Source: an uncultured delta proteobacterium (GTDB taxonomy: Bacteria > Desulfobacterota > Binatia > UBA9968). Taken from it: 64,000 bases of DNA. Shown in pieces: positions 53,721-63,676 of the stretch. Each line of letters opens with the position of its first letter. The first letter of the stretch is position 1. The notes beneath the pieces are model-generated. The model worked only from the letters and a program-made list of their open reading frames with translations, was not told the origin of the DNA and searched no databases. The stretch lies in the NCBI GenBank assembly GCA_963745035.1, contig CAVUVW010000027.1, positions 128,001 through 192,000 of the forward strand, read 5' to 3'. The position numbers and the translations under genes were made by a program.

Positions 53721-53735
53721 TGGCACAAGGGTTGC
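53721..53735 (+). promoter_or_regulatory. sigma54 -24/-12 promoter
   Basis: TGGCAC-AAGGG-TTGC, 35 nt before the DoxX start. Confidence 0.75.
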
Positions 53736-53770
53736 GCCTTAGCACGGTGAGCGGAAAAGGAGAGACGAAG

Positions 53771-54346
53771 ATGCATGAAGCAACTGGAACGATCGAAGAA
53801 CCAAAGGTGGCAAAGCTGCTCTTCAGCGATGCGCGCTTTGGCTGGCTGTGGCTGCCCCTGAGGTTGTACCTTGGCTACATGTGGTTTGAGGCCGGCTGGC
53901 ACAAGTTCACTGACCCGAGATGGATGGGGACCGGTGAAGCCTTACTTGATTATTGGAAGCGCGGTCTCAAGATGACGCCCAAGCCGACAATCTCCTACGA
54001 TTGGTACCGCGGGTTCATCGAGTATCTCGTCAACGCCGAAGCACACACATGGTTTTCCAAGGTCATCATCTACGGCGAGTTATTGGTGGCCGCAGGTTTG
54101 ATTCTCGGCGCCTTCGTCGGCATCGCGGCCTTTTTCGGCGGCCTGATGAACTGGAGCTTCATCATGGCCGGGTCGGCATCGACCAACGGTATGTTGTTTG
54201 CCATCGCAACCTGGCTTGTGTTGGCCTGGCGCAACGCCGGCTGGATCGGTCTCGATCGTTGGCTCTTGCCGGCCCTGGGAACGCCCTGGACGCGGGGTCG
54301 ATTATCACGCACGAATCGACCAAATCGAACCGTGAGTGTCGTATGA
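53771..54346 (+). CDS. DoxX/DoxD-family membrane protein
   Basis: RLYLGYMWFEAGWHK, GELLV..GLILG, AGSASTN, GLDRW. Confidence 0.85.
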   Translation: MHEATGTIEEPKVAKLLFSDARFGWLWLPLRLYLGYMWFEAGWHKFTDPRWMGTGEALLDYWKRGLKMTPKPTISYDWYRGFIEYLVNAEAHTWFSKVIIYGELLVAAGLILGAFVGIAAFFGGLMNWSFIMAGSASTNGMLFAIATWLVLAWRNAGWIGLDRWLLPALGTPWTRGRLSRTNRPNRTVSVV

Positions 54347-54423
54347 CGTCGCATCAAGAGCATGGCGGAGCAAGGTGAGTGCTCCCGCGTTTTTTGGAGA
54401 ACACCTCGGAAAGGAGATAGGTT

Positions 54424-54930
54424 ATGGAAGATTTCGCTGATGTAAATGCCGTGTTGGGCTTTCCTCCGTATGAAGAGGGAATCTCCCCGGTAGAAAAACT
54501 GCTCAACGATTTTGAGGCGCATGAGGCCCAGGAAGACCGCGCTCTCGAGTTCTACAAACAGGCGCTTTCGCATCTGCCCAATTCAGCCAGCCGATTTCTG
54601 CTGCAGCTGATAATTTCCGATGAAGAAAAGCACCGGGCGGTGATCCATGCGATGGCCGCGACTCTCAAAGGCAGCCTGACTTGGACGAAGCCGGCGGGCA
54701 GCCTTGAGGGCATGGCGGATCTGGCCAGCTTGAACGGCAAGATCCGCCAGGTAACCGAAGAGTTGATCGACCTTGAAAAGGCGGGCATAAGTGAATACAA
54801 GAGCCTCGCCAAAGAGAGTAGCGGCTACTACCACGGTCTTTTCAAAATCTTGCTCGACGGGATGATTAGGGATTCCGAAAAGCACGTGCAGATGCTCGAG
54901 TTTTTGAAGGAAAACATAAAAAATACATGA
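54424..54930 (+). CDS. Ferritin-like (rubrerythrin-type fold) protein
   Basis: E..ALEFY, DEEKH, E..GISEY, DSEKH. Confidence 0.7.
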   Translation: MEDFADVNAVLGFPPYEEGISPVEKLLNDFEAHEAQEDRALEFYKQALSHLPNSASRFLLQLIISDEEKHRAVIHAMAATLKGSLTWTKPAGSLEGMADLASLNGKIRQVTEELIDLEKAGISEYKSLAKESSGYYHGLFKILLDGMIRDSEKHVQMLEFLKENIKNT

Positions 54931-55430
54931 GTACCCCAGCGCCGTTCGATCCGCTGCTGCGCTTCGCTGAGATCGAGCGGCTGGTCGCGAAAATCTACTA
55001 TCGCTTTTCGCATCTCTTTCTCTCCCGTCCCGAGCTGCGCGATTTTTGGTGGGAGATGGCGCGGGAAGAGGAGCAGCACGCCAGCATTCTGGGCGCATGC
55101 CGGGAGCTTATCGTCAATTACCAAGACGAATCTCTCGATCCCATGATCAGCAGCGAGAACGCCGACAATCTTACCGAGAGGCTTCAATCGTTTCTTAGCC
55201 GCGGTACGCCGGCGCTCGGTATCGAGGAGGCCTTCAAAATTGCGCTCGACATCGAGTGTTCCGAGATCGACGTCATATACGGCAAGTTGCTGCAGCTGGG
55301 CGGCCCGCAGATCGGCAAGACGATGGAAAACCTGGGCGTTCCCGCAGCTGTACAGAGGCAAAAACTCAAGGCCGCGCTGCGCCGCTTTTGTTCCGATCCG
55401 GAACTGCTGCGGGCCGCCGAGCTGTTCTGA
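54927..55430 (+). CDS. Ferritin-like protein
   Basis: IERLVAKIY, MAREEEQH, IECSEID; ATGA overlap with the upstream gene. Confidence 0.65.
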   Translation: MSTPAPFDPLLRFAEIERLVAKIYYRFSHLFLSRPELRDFWWEMAREEEQHASILGACRELIVNYQDESLDPMISSENADNLTERLQSFLSRGTPALGIEEAFKIALDIECSEIDVIYGKLLQLGGPQIGKTMENLGVPAAVQRQKLKAALRRFCSDPELLRAAELF

Positions 55431-55455
55431 GCCGCAATTCTCCAGTTCGATCGTC

Positions 55456-55484
55456 TTGACACATTCACCACGCGCTTCTATCTT
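55456..55484 (+). promoter_or_regulatory. sigma70-type promoter of the activator gene
   Basis: TTGACA-N17-TATCTT. Confidence 0.55.
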
Positions 55485-55551
55485 GCCGATTGCCTTGGTG
55501 AGGTACTTCAGCGAAGCGCAGTGCGATACACCCCGGTTGAGCCGGCGAAAC

Positions 55552-56497
55552 ATGGAATTTCACCTGAACAACATCATCGGTAAGAGCAAGGTGATCCGCG
55601 ACGTTTTAGATCTGGTCAAGAAGGTCGCCAATACCCAAGCGACCGTTCTGATCACCGGGGGCAGCGGCACGGGCAAGGAATTGATCGCCCTGGCGCTCCA
55701 CGCGCTCAGCGATCGCCGCGATAAGGTTTTCCTGCCGGTCAACTGCGGCGCACTTCCGGAAACCCTGCTCGAAAGCCTCCTCTTCGGGCATATGAAAGGT
55801 TCTTTCACCGGCGCCTTCGCGAATCAGGAAGGCTTGTTCGAAAGAGCCAAGGCAGGTACTATTTTTCTCGACGAGATCGGAGAAATTCCGCAGCATCTGC
55901 AGGTCAAATTGCTCAGAGCTTTGGAGGCAAAGGAGATTCTCCCGATCGGCAGCACGACGCCGCGCCGGATCGATGTCCGGGTGTTGGCGGCGACCAACCG
56001 AAATCTAAAAAACGAAGTAGAAGCCGGACGATTTCGCGAAGATCTGTACTACCGTCTCAACATCATGGAGATTCATATTCCGCCCCTAAGCGAGCGTCCG
56101 GAAGACATTCCGCTGCTGGTCGATCATTTCATCAAGCGGCACAACCCGGAACTCAAAAGAAACTTTCAGGGCATCGAGGAGGACGCCGTGCGCGTCCTGA
56201 TGTCGCTTCCGTGGAAGGGCAACGTGCGCGAACTCGATAATATCATCGAGCACACTATGATTCTCGCCGAAGGAGAGCGCATCACCTTGAAGGATCTGCC
56301 GAGCTCGATCATGTGCCAGCAGTCAGGCCCATCCCGCCTTCACCTTCAACCTCAAAGACGCGCTGCGGGAATTTGAAAAACAGCACATCTTGCGCGCTCT
56401 CGAACAGGCGAAACACGACCGAAAGGAAGCCGCCAAGCTCCTGGATATCAGTCTATCGTCGCTTTACCGGAAGATCGAAGAGCTGGATATCGACTAG
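55552..56497 (+). CDS. sigma54 enhancer-binding protein (AAA+ and Fis HTH only), frameshift near 56330
   Basis: GGSGTGKE, ESLLFGH.KGSFTGA, FLDEIGE, FREDLYYRL, WKGNVREL; HTH AAKLLDISLSSLYRK in the +1 frame. Confidence 0.88.
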
Positions 56498-56509
56498 TTT
56501 CGATACTGT

Positions 56510-56860
56510 TTAACTAAGGTTCAGTGCTTCTCTCGCCTCCTGGCATTGGGCGCAAAGGGCCGTTTCCGGGATCGCCGCGAGGCGCTCCGGCGCAATCGTT
56601 TCGTGGCAGGCGAGGCAGACCCCGTAGTTTCCTTCGGCTATCCGAATCAAGGCGCCATCGATACGGTCACTCTCATTCAGGTACCATTCAGCGAGATTAT
56701 TGAGCAGATGAGTTCTGCTTGCATAGGCCGCTTTATCGATCCACTCTTTGTTTTCATCGATCTCGCGCTGCTCTTGTTGCACATGTTCGAGGGTCTTGAC
56801 GATTACGCCGCGGCGTTGTCTTAGCTTTCCGTAATACGGTTCGATTCTGATTGCGATCAT
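56510..56860 (-). CDS. TraR/DksA C4 zinc-finger protein
   Basis: ALIRIAEGNYGVCLAC...ERL.AIP...LCAQC; GGAGG RBS. Confidence 0.85.
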   Translation of the reverse strand: MIAIRIEPYYGKLRQRRGVIVKTLEHVQQEQREIDENKEWIDKAAYASRTHLLNNLAEWYLNESDRIDGALIRIAEGNYGVCLACHETIAPERLAAIPETALCAQCQEAREALNLS

Positions 56861-57022
56861 AACGTACCTCCCGAGTCATGCTTCCGGCGCGACAGATGCT
56901 CGGCTCAAGGCTTGTCGCTGGGCTTTATGGGACTCTAACTCAATATTGGGTCCGTGTTTTTGTCCCTCATGATTTCCGCAGATGCGGGAGCAGCACTTAA
57001 AACTCTTTGGAAAATAGCAAAC

Positions 57023-57037
57023 GCAACGAGCGTGCCA
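57023..57037 (-). promoter_or_regulatory. sigma54 -24/-12 promoter
   Basis: Minus strand TGGCAC-GCTCG-TTGC, upstream of the DksA-like gene. Confidence 0.7.
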
Positions 57038-57145
57038 TGCGGCGCGATGCATTTGCCTTAGCATTTCCTGCCACACTAACCCGATTTTCTCAGGCGTAAG
57101 AAGATGATTCTTGTAATCCGAAAGCGCGGGCGGTGCGGAGTTGGG

Positions 57146-57277
57146 TTATTCAGCTCGAAAAGAGCCTGACATTTCGGGGGCGCGCCGCCGCGAATCGTTC
57201 TTGGTGAGAACAAAACTAACGATCAGCAGGAGGATAATGGAAATAACCAGATAAGCGAGTTCATATTCATTTGCCAT
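57146..57277 (-). CDS. 43-aa single-TM small protein
   Basis: GGAGG-N5-ATG; MANEYELAYLVISIILLLIVSFVLTKNDSRRRAPEMSGSFRAE. Confidence 0.6.
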   Translation of the reverse strand: MANEYELAYLVISIILLLIVSFVLTKNDSRRRAPEMSGSFRAE

Positions 57278-57310
57278 CTCAACCTCCGAAACCATTCGTT
57301 GCCAGGCTGA

Positions 57311-57424
57311 TCAAGCATGCGAATGCTCATCATGTCGCCGCTGCGACCGCACGGCTAGGACATTGAGGAGCATGATCAAAAGCGTGAGCAGCACGAGATG
57401 GAAAAATACGTTTTCCGTTACCAT
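57311..57424 (-). CDS. 37-aa single-TM small protein
   Basis: GAGAGGGG RBS; MVTENVFFHLVLLTLLIMLLNVLAVRSQRRHDEHSHA. Confidence 0.55.
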   Translation of the reverse strand: MVTENVFFHLVLLTLLIMLLNVLAVRSQRRHDEHSHA

Positions 57425-57463
57425 GATTCCCCTCTCAAGAAGTTGCCCTGGGCTAATAGATGG

Positions 57464-57478
57464 GCAAGACGAATGCCA
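57464..57478 (-). promoter_or_regulatory. sigma54 -24/-12 promoter
   Basis: Minus strand TGGCAT-TCGTC-TTGC, about 40 nt before ATG 57424. Confidence 0.7.
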
Positions 57479-57668
57479 GCATAGATTTTCGTGTTCATCG
57501 AGCCAGTCAATTCTTATGCAATCGCCGCACATTACGTTTCATAGGCAAACTTCTCTTGCCTGTAGGCGCGGTTCAAGATGTGATTGCATAAATGGGAAAC
57601 ATTGCAGTTCCTTTTTTAAAATTGCGAAAACTGCGGTGCAAAGTCCCGGAATTATGACGCCGGTTTGG

Positions 57669-57683
57669 TGGCATAGCGATTGC
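57669..57683 (+). promoter_or_regulatory. sigma54 -24/-12 promoter
   Basis: TGGCAT-AGCGA-TTGC, upstream of the USP cluster. Confidence 0.7.
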
Positions 57684-57731
57684 GGAATCACATTTTAGCC
57701 AAATCAATTCAATACAAGGAGGTATTGATCC

Positions 57732-57880
57732 ATGGCAAAAAACACCAAAGCGAAAGATATCCAGTCGGTGGTTCATGGCACCCATTCGTGGGCTTAGCGC
57801 TGGGGAGGGAGACATGGACAGGTATTTGGAGGAGTTTTTTGGCCGCAGGGCGCGTGGCCGAAACCGTGGTACGGCATTCG
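57732..57880 (+). pseudogene. Possible Hsp20 N-terminal remnant
   Basis: AAGGAGGT RBS, MAKNTKAKD, then WHPFVGL / RW / DMDRYLEEFFGRR in shifting frames; no alpha-crystallin domain. Confidence 0.4.
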
Positions 57881-57930
57881 GGCGACCCGGTCTTGATTAT
57901 TCGGTCGGTCTGACAGCACAGGAGATCACG

Positions 57931-58861
57931 ATGTTCTCAAAAATTCTCGTGCCATTGGACGGTTCCGGAACCGCGGAAAAAGTCCTGCCCTTCGTCCGTT
58001 GTTTTGCTCGCGGTCTGCAGATTCCGGTGGAATTGCTAGGGGTCGTGGATATCGGCGAAATGGCTCGCCACATCAGTGCCGATCAAGGCGCGATGATCCG
58101 CAGCTTGGTCGATGACAGCGCCCGCAGGTTAGACGAATATTTGCAGCGAATCGCAAAGAACTTTCCAACTGGAAAAGTGGAATGCACGGTCCGACACGGG
58201 AACGCGGCAGAGGTGATCATCGAATCCGCCGCGGCGGACCGGCAAACCCTCATCGCCATGGCCACTCACGGCCGTTCCGGCGTCGATCGCTGGCTGCTCG
58301 GCAGTGTGACGGAGAAAGTCTTGCGAGCCGCCGCAAATCCGATGCTGATAGTTCGGGCCAGTGAGGAAAACAGCCCCGGTTGGCACATGGGTGCGCTCAA
58401 GCGGGTACTCGTTCCGCTGGACGGCTCGAAGTTGTCGGAATCCATCCTGCCAGTGGCGCAGGCCTTGGCGCGCGACCTGGATCTCGAGATCGTACTGCTC
58501 AGTGTCTATAGCAACCCGTTTACTCTGGGCACGGACGGTGACGGCTTTTATAACGCGGCCCAGCTGCAGACAATTCTCGCCACGCTTCGCGCAGAGAGCA
58601 TGGAATACCTTGCGCTCAAAGCGGAGGAACTGAAGAAAGCGGGTTTCAGCAAAGTATCGTCTGTGGCTGAGGAAGGACGCGCTGCCGATGCAATCATTGC
58701 TTCAGCACAGCGAAACCCCGACTGTCTGGTCGCCATGTGCACGCATGGGCGTTCCGGCGTGCAAGCGCTGGGTATTGGGAAGCGTGACGGAAACTGTGGT
58801 GCGCCATTTGGGCGCGCCGGTGCTGGTGGCGCGACCCACTGACCTTTTGCCGAGGGATTAA
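57931..58861 (+). CDS. Tandem universal stress protein, frameshift near 58762
   Basis: ILVPLDGS, MATHGRSG..RWLLGSV, second domain MCTHGRSG/KRWVLGSV. Confidence 0.88.
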
Positions 58862-58865
58862 AGCC

Positions 58866-59783
58866 ATGTTCAGCAAAATTCTAATACCGTTGGACGGTTC
58901 AAAGACGGCCGAGAGCGCCTTGCCCTATGCGCGGCTTTTGGCGGAGACGCTCGACGCCGACGTTGAACTGCTGGCAGTGATCGATCGCGGCGAAATCGAG
59001 CGCAGTATTGCTGACCCGGATGCATTGACTGAAGTTGTGTGCTACCACACGGCTCGTTTTGAACGATACTTATCACAGGTTGCCGAGGGGTTTTCAGGTA
59101 GTCGGCCGCAATGCCGGATCGAACAGGGGCTGGCGGCGGAGAGGATTATCGGTGCAGCGGCTGAAAGTAGTGAAACCTTGATTGTGATGGCGAGCCACGG
59201 CCGTTCCGGTATCCAGCGCTGGCTCCTCGGCAGCGTAGCCGAGAAGGTCCTGCGCGGTACGAGTAATCCTTTGATTCTGGTTCGTGCATCCGCCGGCGAC
59301 GCTACGGAGAGGTCGGCCGCTCTGGGATCGGTCGTAATTGCGCTCGATGGCTCCGAGCTGAGCGAACGCGCGCTTGCGCCGGGTCTCGAAATCGCCCGGC
59401 GCCTGAACGTCGAAGCCGTTCTGGCGAGGAGTTTCGAATTTCCAACAACCGCCTATTACCGTGCTGACGATTATCCGCCCAGTGCCGCGGCATTCATTCC
59501 GAGTTACCGCGAGTTGGCGGAGGAGATGGGCCGCGAAACGCGAGAGTATCTTGATGCCAAGGTGAAAGAGATCAGCGCGAGTGTGCCTGTACAAATTCGC
59601 GCAGAGGTTCTCGAAGGACCGGCCGCCGAGGGAATCATTGACTTGGCGCGAGGCACGAAAGGCAGTTTGATCGTGATGTGCACCCACGGCTGCTCGGGGT
59701 TCAAGCGCTGGGTGCTCGGCAGCGTCGCGGAAAAGATCGCGCGCCATGCTGAGAACCCGGTATTGATTATTCGCGCGAGCTGA
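58866..59783 (+). CDS. Tandem universal stress protein
   Basis: ILIPLDGS, MASHGRSG, GSVAEK twice. Confidence 0.9.
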   Translation: MFSKILIPLDGSKTAESALPYARLLAETLDADVELLAVIDRGEIERSIADPDALTEVVCYHTARFERYLSQVAEGFSGSRPQCRIEQGLAAERIIGAAAESSETLIVMASHGRSGIQRWLLGSVAEKVLRGTSNPLILVRASAGDATERSAALGSVVIALDGSELSERALAPGLEIARRLNVEAVLARSFEFPTTAYYRADDYPPSAAAFIPSYRELAEEMGRETREYLDAKVKEISASVPVQIRAEVLEGPAAEGIIDLARGTKGSLIVMCTHGCSGFKRWVLGSVAEKIARHAENPVLIIRAS

Positions 59784-59802
59784 TGACGGGGTCCGGTCCG
59801 CA

Positions 59803-60186
59803 TGGAAAGAAAAATTCTCGTTTCACCACTCAGGAGTGATCGACCCGATCTGGGCGCGGAGATCATTATCTCTTGTTGACGCGGTTGCTTTCGTCCAATA
59901 CATCGACATTGAAGCGTGAGCTCGAACAGCACAAAAAGACACTCGGGGAATTTGTCGCGGAGAAGCTCGGCGATGCGGGCGCTGGATTGAGAATGCGCCA
60001 GCTCGTCGATGCGGGCAGCCCTGTGGCGCCATTGTCGATTGCGCGGAGAAAGAAGGCGTCGACCTGATCGTCATGTCGTCCCACGGCCGGAGCGGATTGT
60101 CGCCCATGCTGGTCGGCAGCGTCACGGGTAGGCTCGTGCGTACGGCGCCCTGTCCGGTGCTGGTGGTTCCGACGGAAGCACAATAG
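59803..60186 (+). pseudogene. Degenerate single-domain USP
   Basis: Intact C-terminus VDLIVMSSHGRSG..MLVGSV..APCPVLVV; N-terminus broken by stops and frameshifts. Confidence 0.6.
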
Positions 60187-60301
60187 TAAAAATCCGGCCG
60201 GGAAGACGGTAAGGTCGAAACTGTCACCGACGTCTGGTTTCTAGCAGCAGACCCGATTGGGCCACCGCACGGCCGACTCGGAATTCTTCCACCGGTGAAC
60301 T

Positions 60302-61396
60302 ATGGATATCAACTCCGATCGGCGCAGGTTCATCCTTATTGCTTTTGCCGGAATTTCACTTCTCACGGGCATATGGGTCGGCGTTGCTCGAATGGGATGG
60401 GTGCTGCCGTTGCCGAACGAGCGATGGGTCGTGCTGCATGGCCCTTTGATGGTGGTGGGTTTTCTCGGTGTGCTGATCGGACTTGAACGGGCCGTCGCAT
60501 TAGAGCGCCGGTGGGCGTACGCCATTCCGGTCTGTGCCGGACTCAGCACCCTATTGGCGCTGGTGGGCGCGCCACTGCCGATCAGCGCATCCCTGGCGGT
60601 GTTGGCCGCCATATTTCTTGTCGCCGTGTTTATTACGCTTTATCGCCATTCTCCCACCGAGCACTTCGTCATCATGGCGCTAAGCGCTCTAACGTGGGCC
60701 GTGGGCAATGTCTTGTGGTTTGCCGAGGCCGCGATCTTTGCCTTGGTTCCCTGGTGGGTCGGATATCTCGTTCTCATGATTGCCGGCGAACGGTTAGAGC
60801 TCTCTCGACTCAGGCAACCGCCGGTGTCGGTTCGCCGCGCCTTCCACGCATGTGTTGCGGTGATTCTCGCCGGTCTTGCGTGTTCGTTATTCGACCTTCC
60901 TACAGCCGTCCGCATTTGCGGGCTCGGCTTTTTCGCCCTTGCACTGTGGCTGCTTCGCTACGACCTCGCCTGGAAGAGTACGAAGCAAGCGGGTCTGCCG
61001 CGTTTCATGGCGCTCTCTCTCATCGCGGGATATTTGTGGCTTGCGGTGGGAGGAATCCTTTGGATGGGGTTCGCCCGATATTTCTCGGCCGGACCGCGTT
61101 ACGACGCAATGTTGCACTCGATCTTTTTGGGTTTTGTTTTTTCGATGATCTTTGCCCACGCGCCAATCATATTGCCGACCATTACCGGACTCGCATTGCC
61201 GTTTCGGAAAGGTTTTTATCTCCACGCCGGCTTATTGCATCTTTCGCTGGTTGGGCGAATTGCCGGTGACATCTTGCTCTTGCTGCCGCTGCAACGCTGG
61301 GCCGGACTGCTGAACGCCGCTGCAATCGTGCTTTTCCTGGCCAACAATATACGGGCCGTGGTGTTAGAGACAAAGATGCGTTCCGTTCAGGGGTAG
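60302..61396 (+). CDS. Polytopic membrane protein, NnrS-like/heme-copper-associated hypothetical family
   Basis: About 12 TM helices; HGPLMV.GFLG.LIGLERA, IAGERLEL, HSIFLGFVFSMIFAH. Confidence 0.6.
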   Translation: MDINSDRRRFILIAFAGISLLTGIWVGVARMGWVLPLPNERWVVLHGPLMVVGFLGVLIGLERAVALERRWAYAIPVCAGLSTLLALVGAPLPISASLAVLAAIFLVAVFITLYRHSPTEHFVIMALSALTWAVGNVLWFAEAAIFALVPWWVGYLVLMIAGERLELSRLRQPPVSVRRAFHACVAVILAGLACSLFDLPTAVRICGLGFFALALWLLRYDLAWKSTKQAGLPRFMALSLIAGYLWLAVGGILWMGFARYFSAGPRYDAMLHSIFLGFVFSMIFAHAPIILPTITGLALPFRKGFYLHAGLLHLSLVGRIAGDILLLLPLQRWAGLLNAAAIVLFLANNIRAVVLETKMRSVQG

Positions 61397-61505
61397 CTCG
61401 CGATCGTGAGGAGATGAGAGGCTTGAAATCAAACTCAACGTGTTGGAAAAGCAGAAAAGCTTTTTGAGCCTCTAGCCCTGGGAAATGCGTCGCAAAGGAG
61501 ATGCC

Positions 61506-61952
61506 GTGATTAGACCAAAGAAAATTCTCGCGCCGACAGATCTCTCCAAACTGTCGCTCGCTGCGGTTCGTTACGCGCTCGAGATGGCATTGGAGCAAAA
61601 TGCGGAAGTCATTATCTATAACGTTATCGGCGAGGACGGCGAATGGTTCGGAAAGAACGATCCTTTGAATCCGGCCACCGCGATTTTGCCACGGCAAAAG
61701 GAGCGGTTGAGCGAGTTCGTCAAGGAAAACTTCGCCGATATGATCGGGAAAGTGAGGATCACTGAATCGGTTGAAGCCGGCATATCTCATTTATTGATCG
61801 TCAAGAAAGCTGAAGAGGAAAACGCCGATCTGATTGTCATGTCGACGCATGGCCGCACGGGAATCGAGCAGCTCATGCTGGGCAGCGTTACCGCCAAAGT
61901 AGTGGCGCGCGCGAGCTGTCCGGTATTGTCGATCCGTCCGGCGAAAGCATAG
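61506..61952 (+). CDS. Universal stress protein
   Basis: KILAPTDLS, MSTHGRTG, GSV, CPVL. Confidence 0.9.
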   Translation: MIRPKKILAPTDLSKLSLAAVRYALEMALEQNAEVIIYNVIGEDGEWFGKNDPLNPATAILPRQKERLSEFVKENFADMIGKVRITESVEAGISHLLIVKKAEEENADLIVMSTHGRTGIEQLMLGSVTAKVVARASCPVLSIRPAKA

Positions 61953-62136
61953 GCGCTGAGCAAGGTAGCGTTCGACGAATTGGTCGGGAGGTGCGAACGA
62001 TTTTTTGCGACTGCGGCTCCCTTAGCAGGTGCTGTTATGCTCGGCCAAAACCGGAATCCAGAGATCGTATGCTATGCCCCACTCTACAAAGACTCCTGGA
62101 CACCGATCGACGCGGCGCTAAAAGATCGGTCAAGCT

Positions 62137-62403
62137 CTAGACTATATCCGCCACTTTTCTGACTCCGTCACCCCAGTCCTCTATTTTGAAGTCCGCCAGC
62201 GGGACCACGATCGGCTCTTTTTCCTCGATCACGATCATTCGGTTCTTGTACTGGAGCAGGAATGAGATCTTTAGCAACACCGAGTCGTCCCGGGTTTCGA
62301 GAAGCGAGACCTTCTGTTCGAAATAAGAGTATTGTTTGTCCCGAAATATTTGTTTGACCCGTTCGCGAGTAAGCACGTCGCTAGCGCCGAGAAAACCTCC
62401 CAT
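62137..62403 (-). CDS. Hypothetical protein (88 aa)
   Basis: GGGAGG RBS, plausible composition. Confidence 0.5.
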   Translation of the reverse strand: MGGFLGASDVLTRERVKQIFRDKQYSYFEQKVSLLETRDDSVLLKISFLLQYKNRMIVIEEKEPIVVPLADFKIEDWGDGVRKVADIV

Positions 62404-62464
62404 ATTTCCTCCCTACTTTTTACGGCGATACCGTTGCCCCACGATCGCGCACTAATTGCTCCGG

Positions 62465-62899
62465 TCACGGCGTTTCCTCGTCCAGGCGATTGAGAAAGCA
62501 ACGCAAAACATCGACGTAGGTGACAATGCCCACGAGTCCTTCCGCCTCATCGACGACGGGAATTCCGCCGATCTTATCTTCAACCAACAGCTCCACCGCG
62601 TCGCGCAGCGTGTCGTCGGGCGATAAGGTCAATGGATGAGCGGTCATGACTTCTTTGACTTCCGTCCCCAGCGCCTTTTCGCGCCTGTCGGAATCCAGCA
62701 CCGGTGAATCAGCAAAAAAAGAGCGGATGTCCCGGTCGGTGATGATCCCGAGGAGCGCGCTGCCTTCGACAACGGGCAGCTGGCGAATTCTATTCTCCGT
62801 CATCACTTGGTCCGCCTCGCCGATCGTTTCAGACGGCGTCATCACCAAAGGATGCTTGGTCATGACATCGACAACTTTCATCCCGTCGTACAGTCCCAT
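62465..62899 (-). CDS. CBS domain pair protein (AcuB-like)
   Basis: IRQLPVV..LGIITDRD; KIGGIPVVD...GIVTYVD; GGAGAGGAG RBS. Confidence 0.88.
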   Translation of the reverse strand: MGLYDGMKVVDVMTKHPLVMTPSETIGEADQVMTENRIRQLPVVEGSALLGIITDRDIRSFFADSPVLDSDRREKALGTEVKEVMTAHPLTLSPDDTLRDAVELLVEDKIGGIPVVDEAEGLVGIVTYVDVLRCFLNRLDEETP

Positions 62900-62957
62900 T
62901 GGCCTACTCCTCTCCTTGATCATCGTCCTAACTTGATTCACGCAGGAGATTTTAACA

Positions 62958-62972
62958 GCACGCGTTATGCCA
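62958..62972 (-). promoter_or_regulatory. Candidate sigma54 promoter
   Basis: Minus strand TGGCAT-AACGC-GTGC. Confidence 0.5.
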
Positions 62973-63115
62973 ACCCTGTGGCGAGAATTTTTAACGAATT
63001 CGCTCGCGTATTCGCTTCCGGCAATGCTTTTTCGCACTCCTGCGAAACCCGGCAAATCTTTGCGCAGCAATGAGAAAAATGCCGGTGAATTTGCATTGCG
63101 TCATGCGGGTTTTGG

Positions 63116-63130
63116 CGGCATGTCTTTTGC
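63116..63130 (+). promoter_or_regulatory. Candidate sigma54 promoter
   Basis: CGGCAT-GTCTT-TTGC (GG-N10-GC), about 40 nt before ATG 63172. Confidence 0.55.
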
Positions 63131-63171
63131 GCTATCTGTTGGTGAGAAAAGTTCGGAGCGAGGGGGAATTT

Positions 63172-63642
63172 ATGCACAAGGTAAAAAAGATCTTGGCGCC
63201 GACGGATTTGACCGACACATCCATAGCCGGGATTGGTTACGCATTGGAGACCGCTCGAGATGCCAGCGCCGAAGTTTTGGTTTATCACGTCATCGACCTC
63301 GGCGATCCTTTTCAAGACAAACGTATGCGACCTGGACCGTATCGCGATATGTTGGAAAACGGCGGGCGGGTGCTGGACAGATTTCTCGTCCAGCATTTTG
63401 CCGATTGCATCGATCTGGTCGAAGTGCGCCAGGCAGTGGAGTTTGGGGAGCCGTACAGAAATATCGTCCGGAAAGCCGCGGAAGAGGGCGTCGATATGAT
63501 CGTCATGTCAACTCACGGCCGCACCGGCATCGATCGGTTCATGTGGGGCAGCATAGCAGAGAAGGTAGTAGCGCACGCGCCGTGCGCGGTGGTGGTTGTT
63601 CCCCGGCGCGGCCGCGAGATCGGGGCGGCGAAGGCCGCTTAA
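63172..63642 (+). CDS. Universal stress protein
   Basis: KILAPTD, MSTHGRTG, GSIAEKVV..APC. Confidence 0.9.
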   Translation: MHKVKKILAPTDLTDTSIAGIGYALETARDASAEVLVYHVIDLGDPFQDKRMRPGPYRDMLENGGRVLDRFLVQHFADCIDLVEVRQAVEFGEPYRNIVRKAAEEGVDMIVMSTHGRTGIDRFMWGSIAEKVVAHAPCAVVVVPRRGREIGAAKAA

Positions 63643-63676
63643 AGAGCGGCCGGAACGGTTTCGGGAGGTGAAATTC

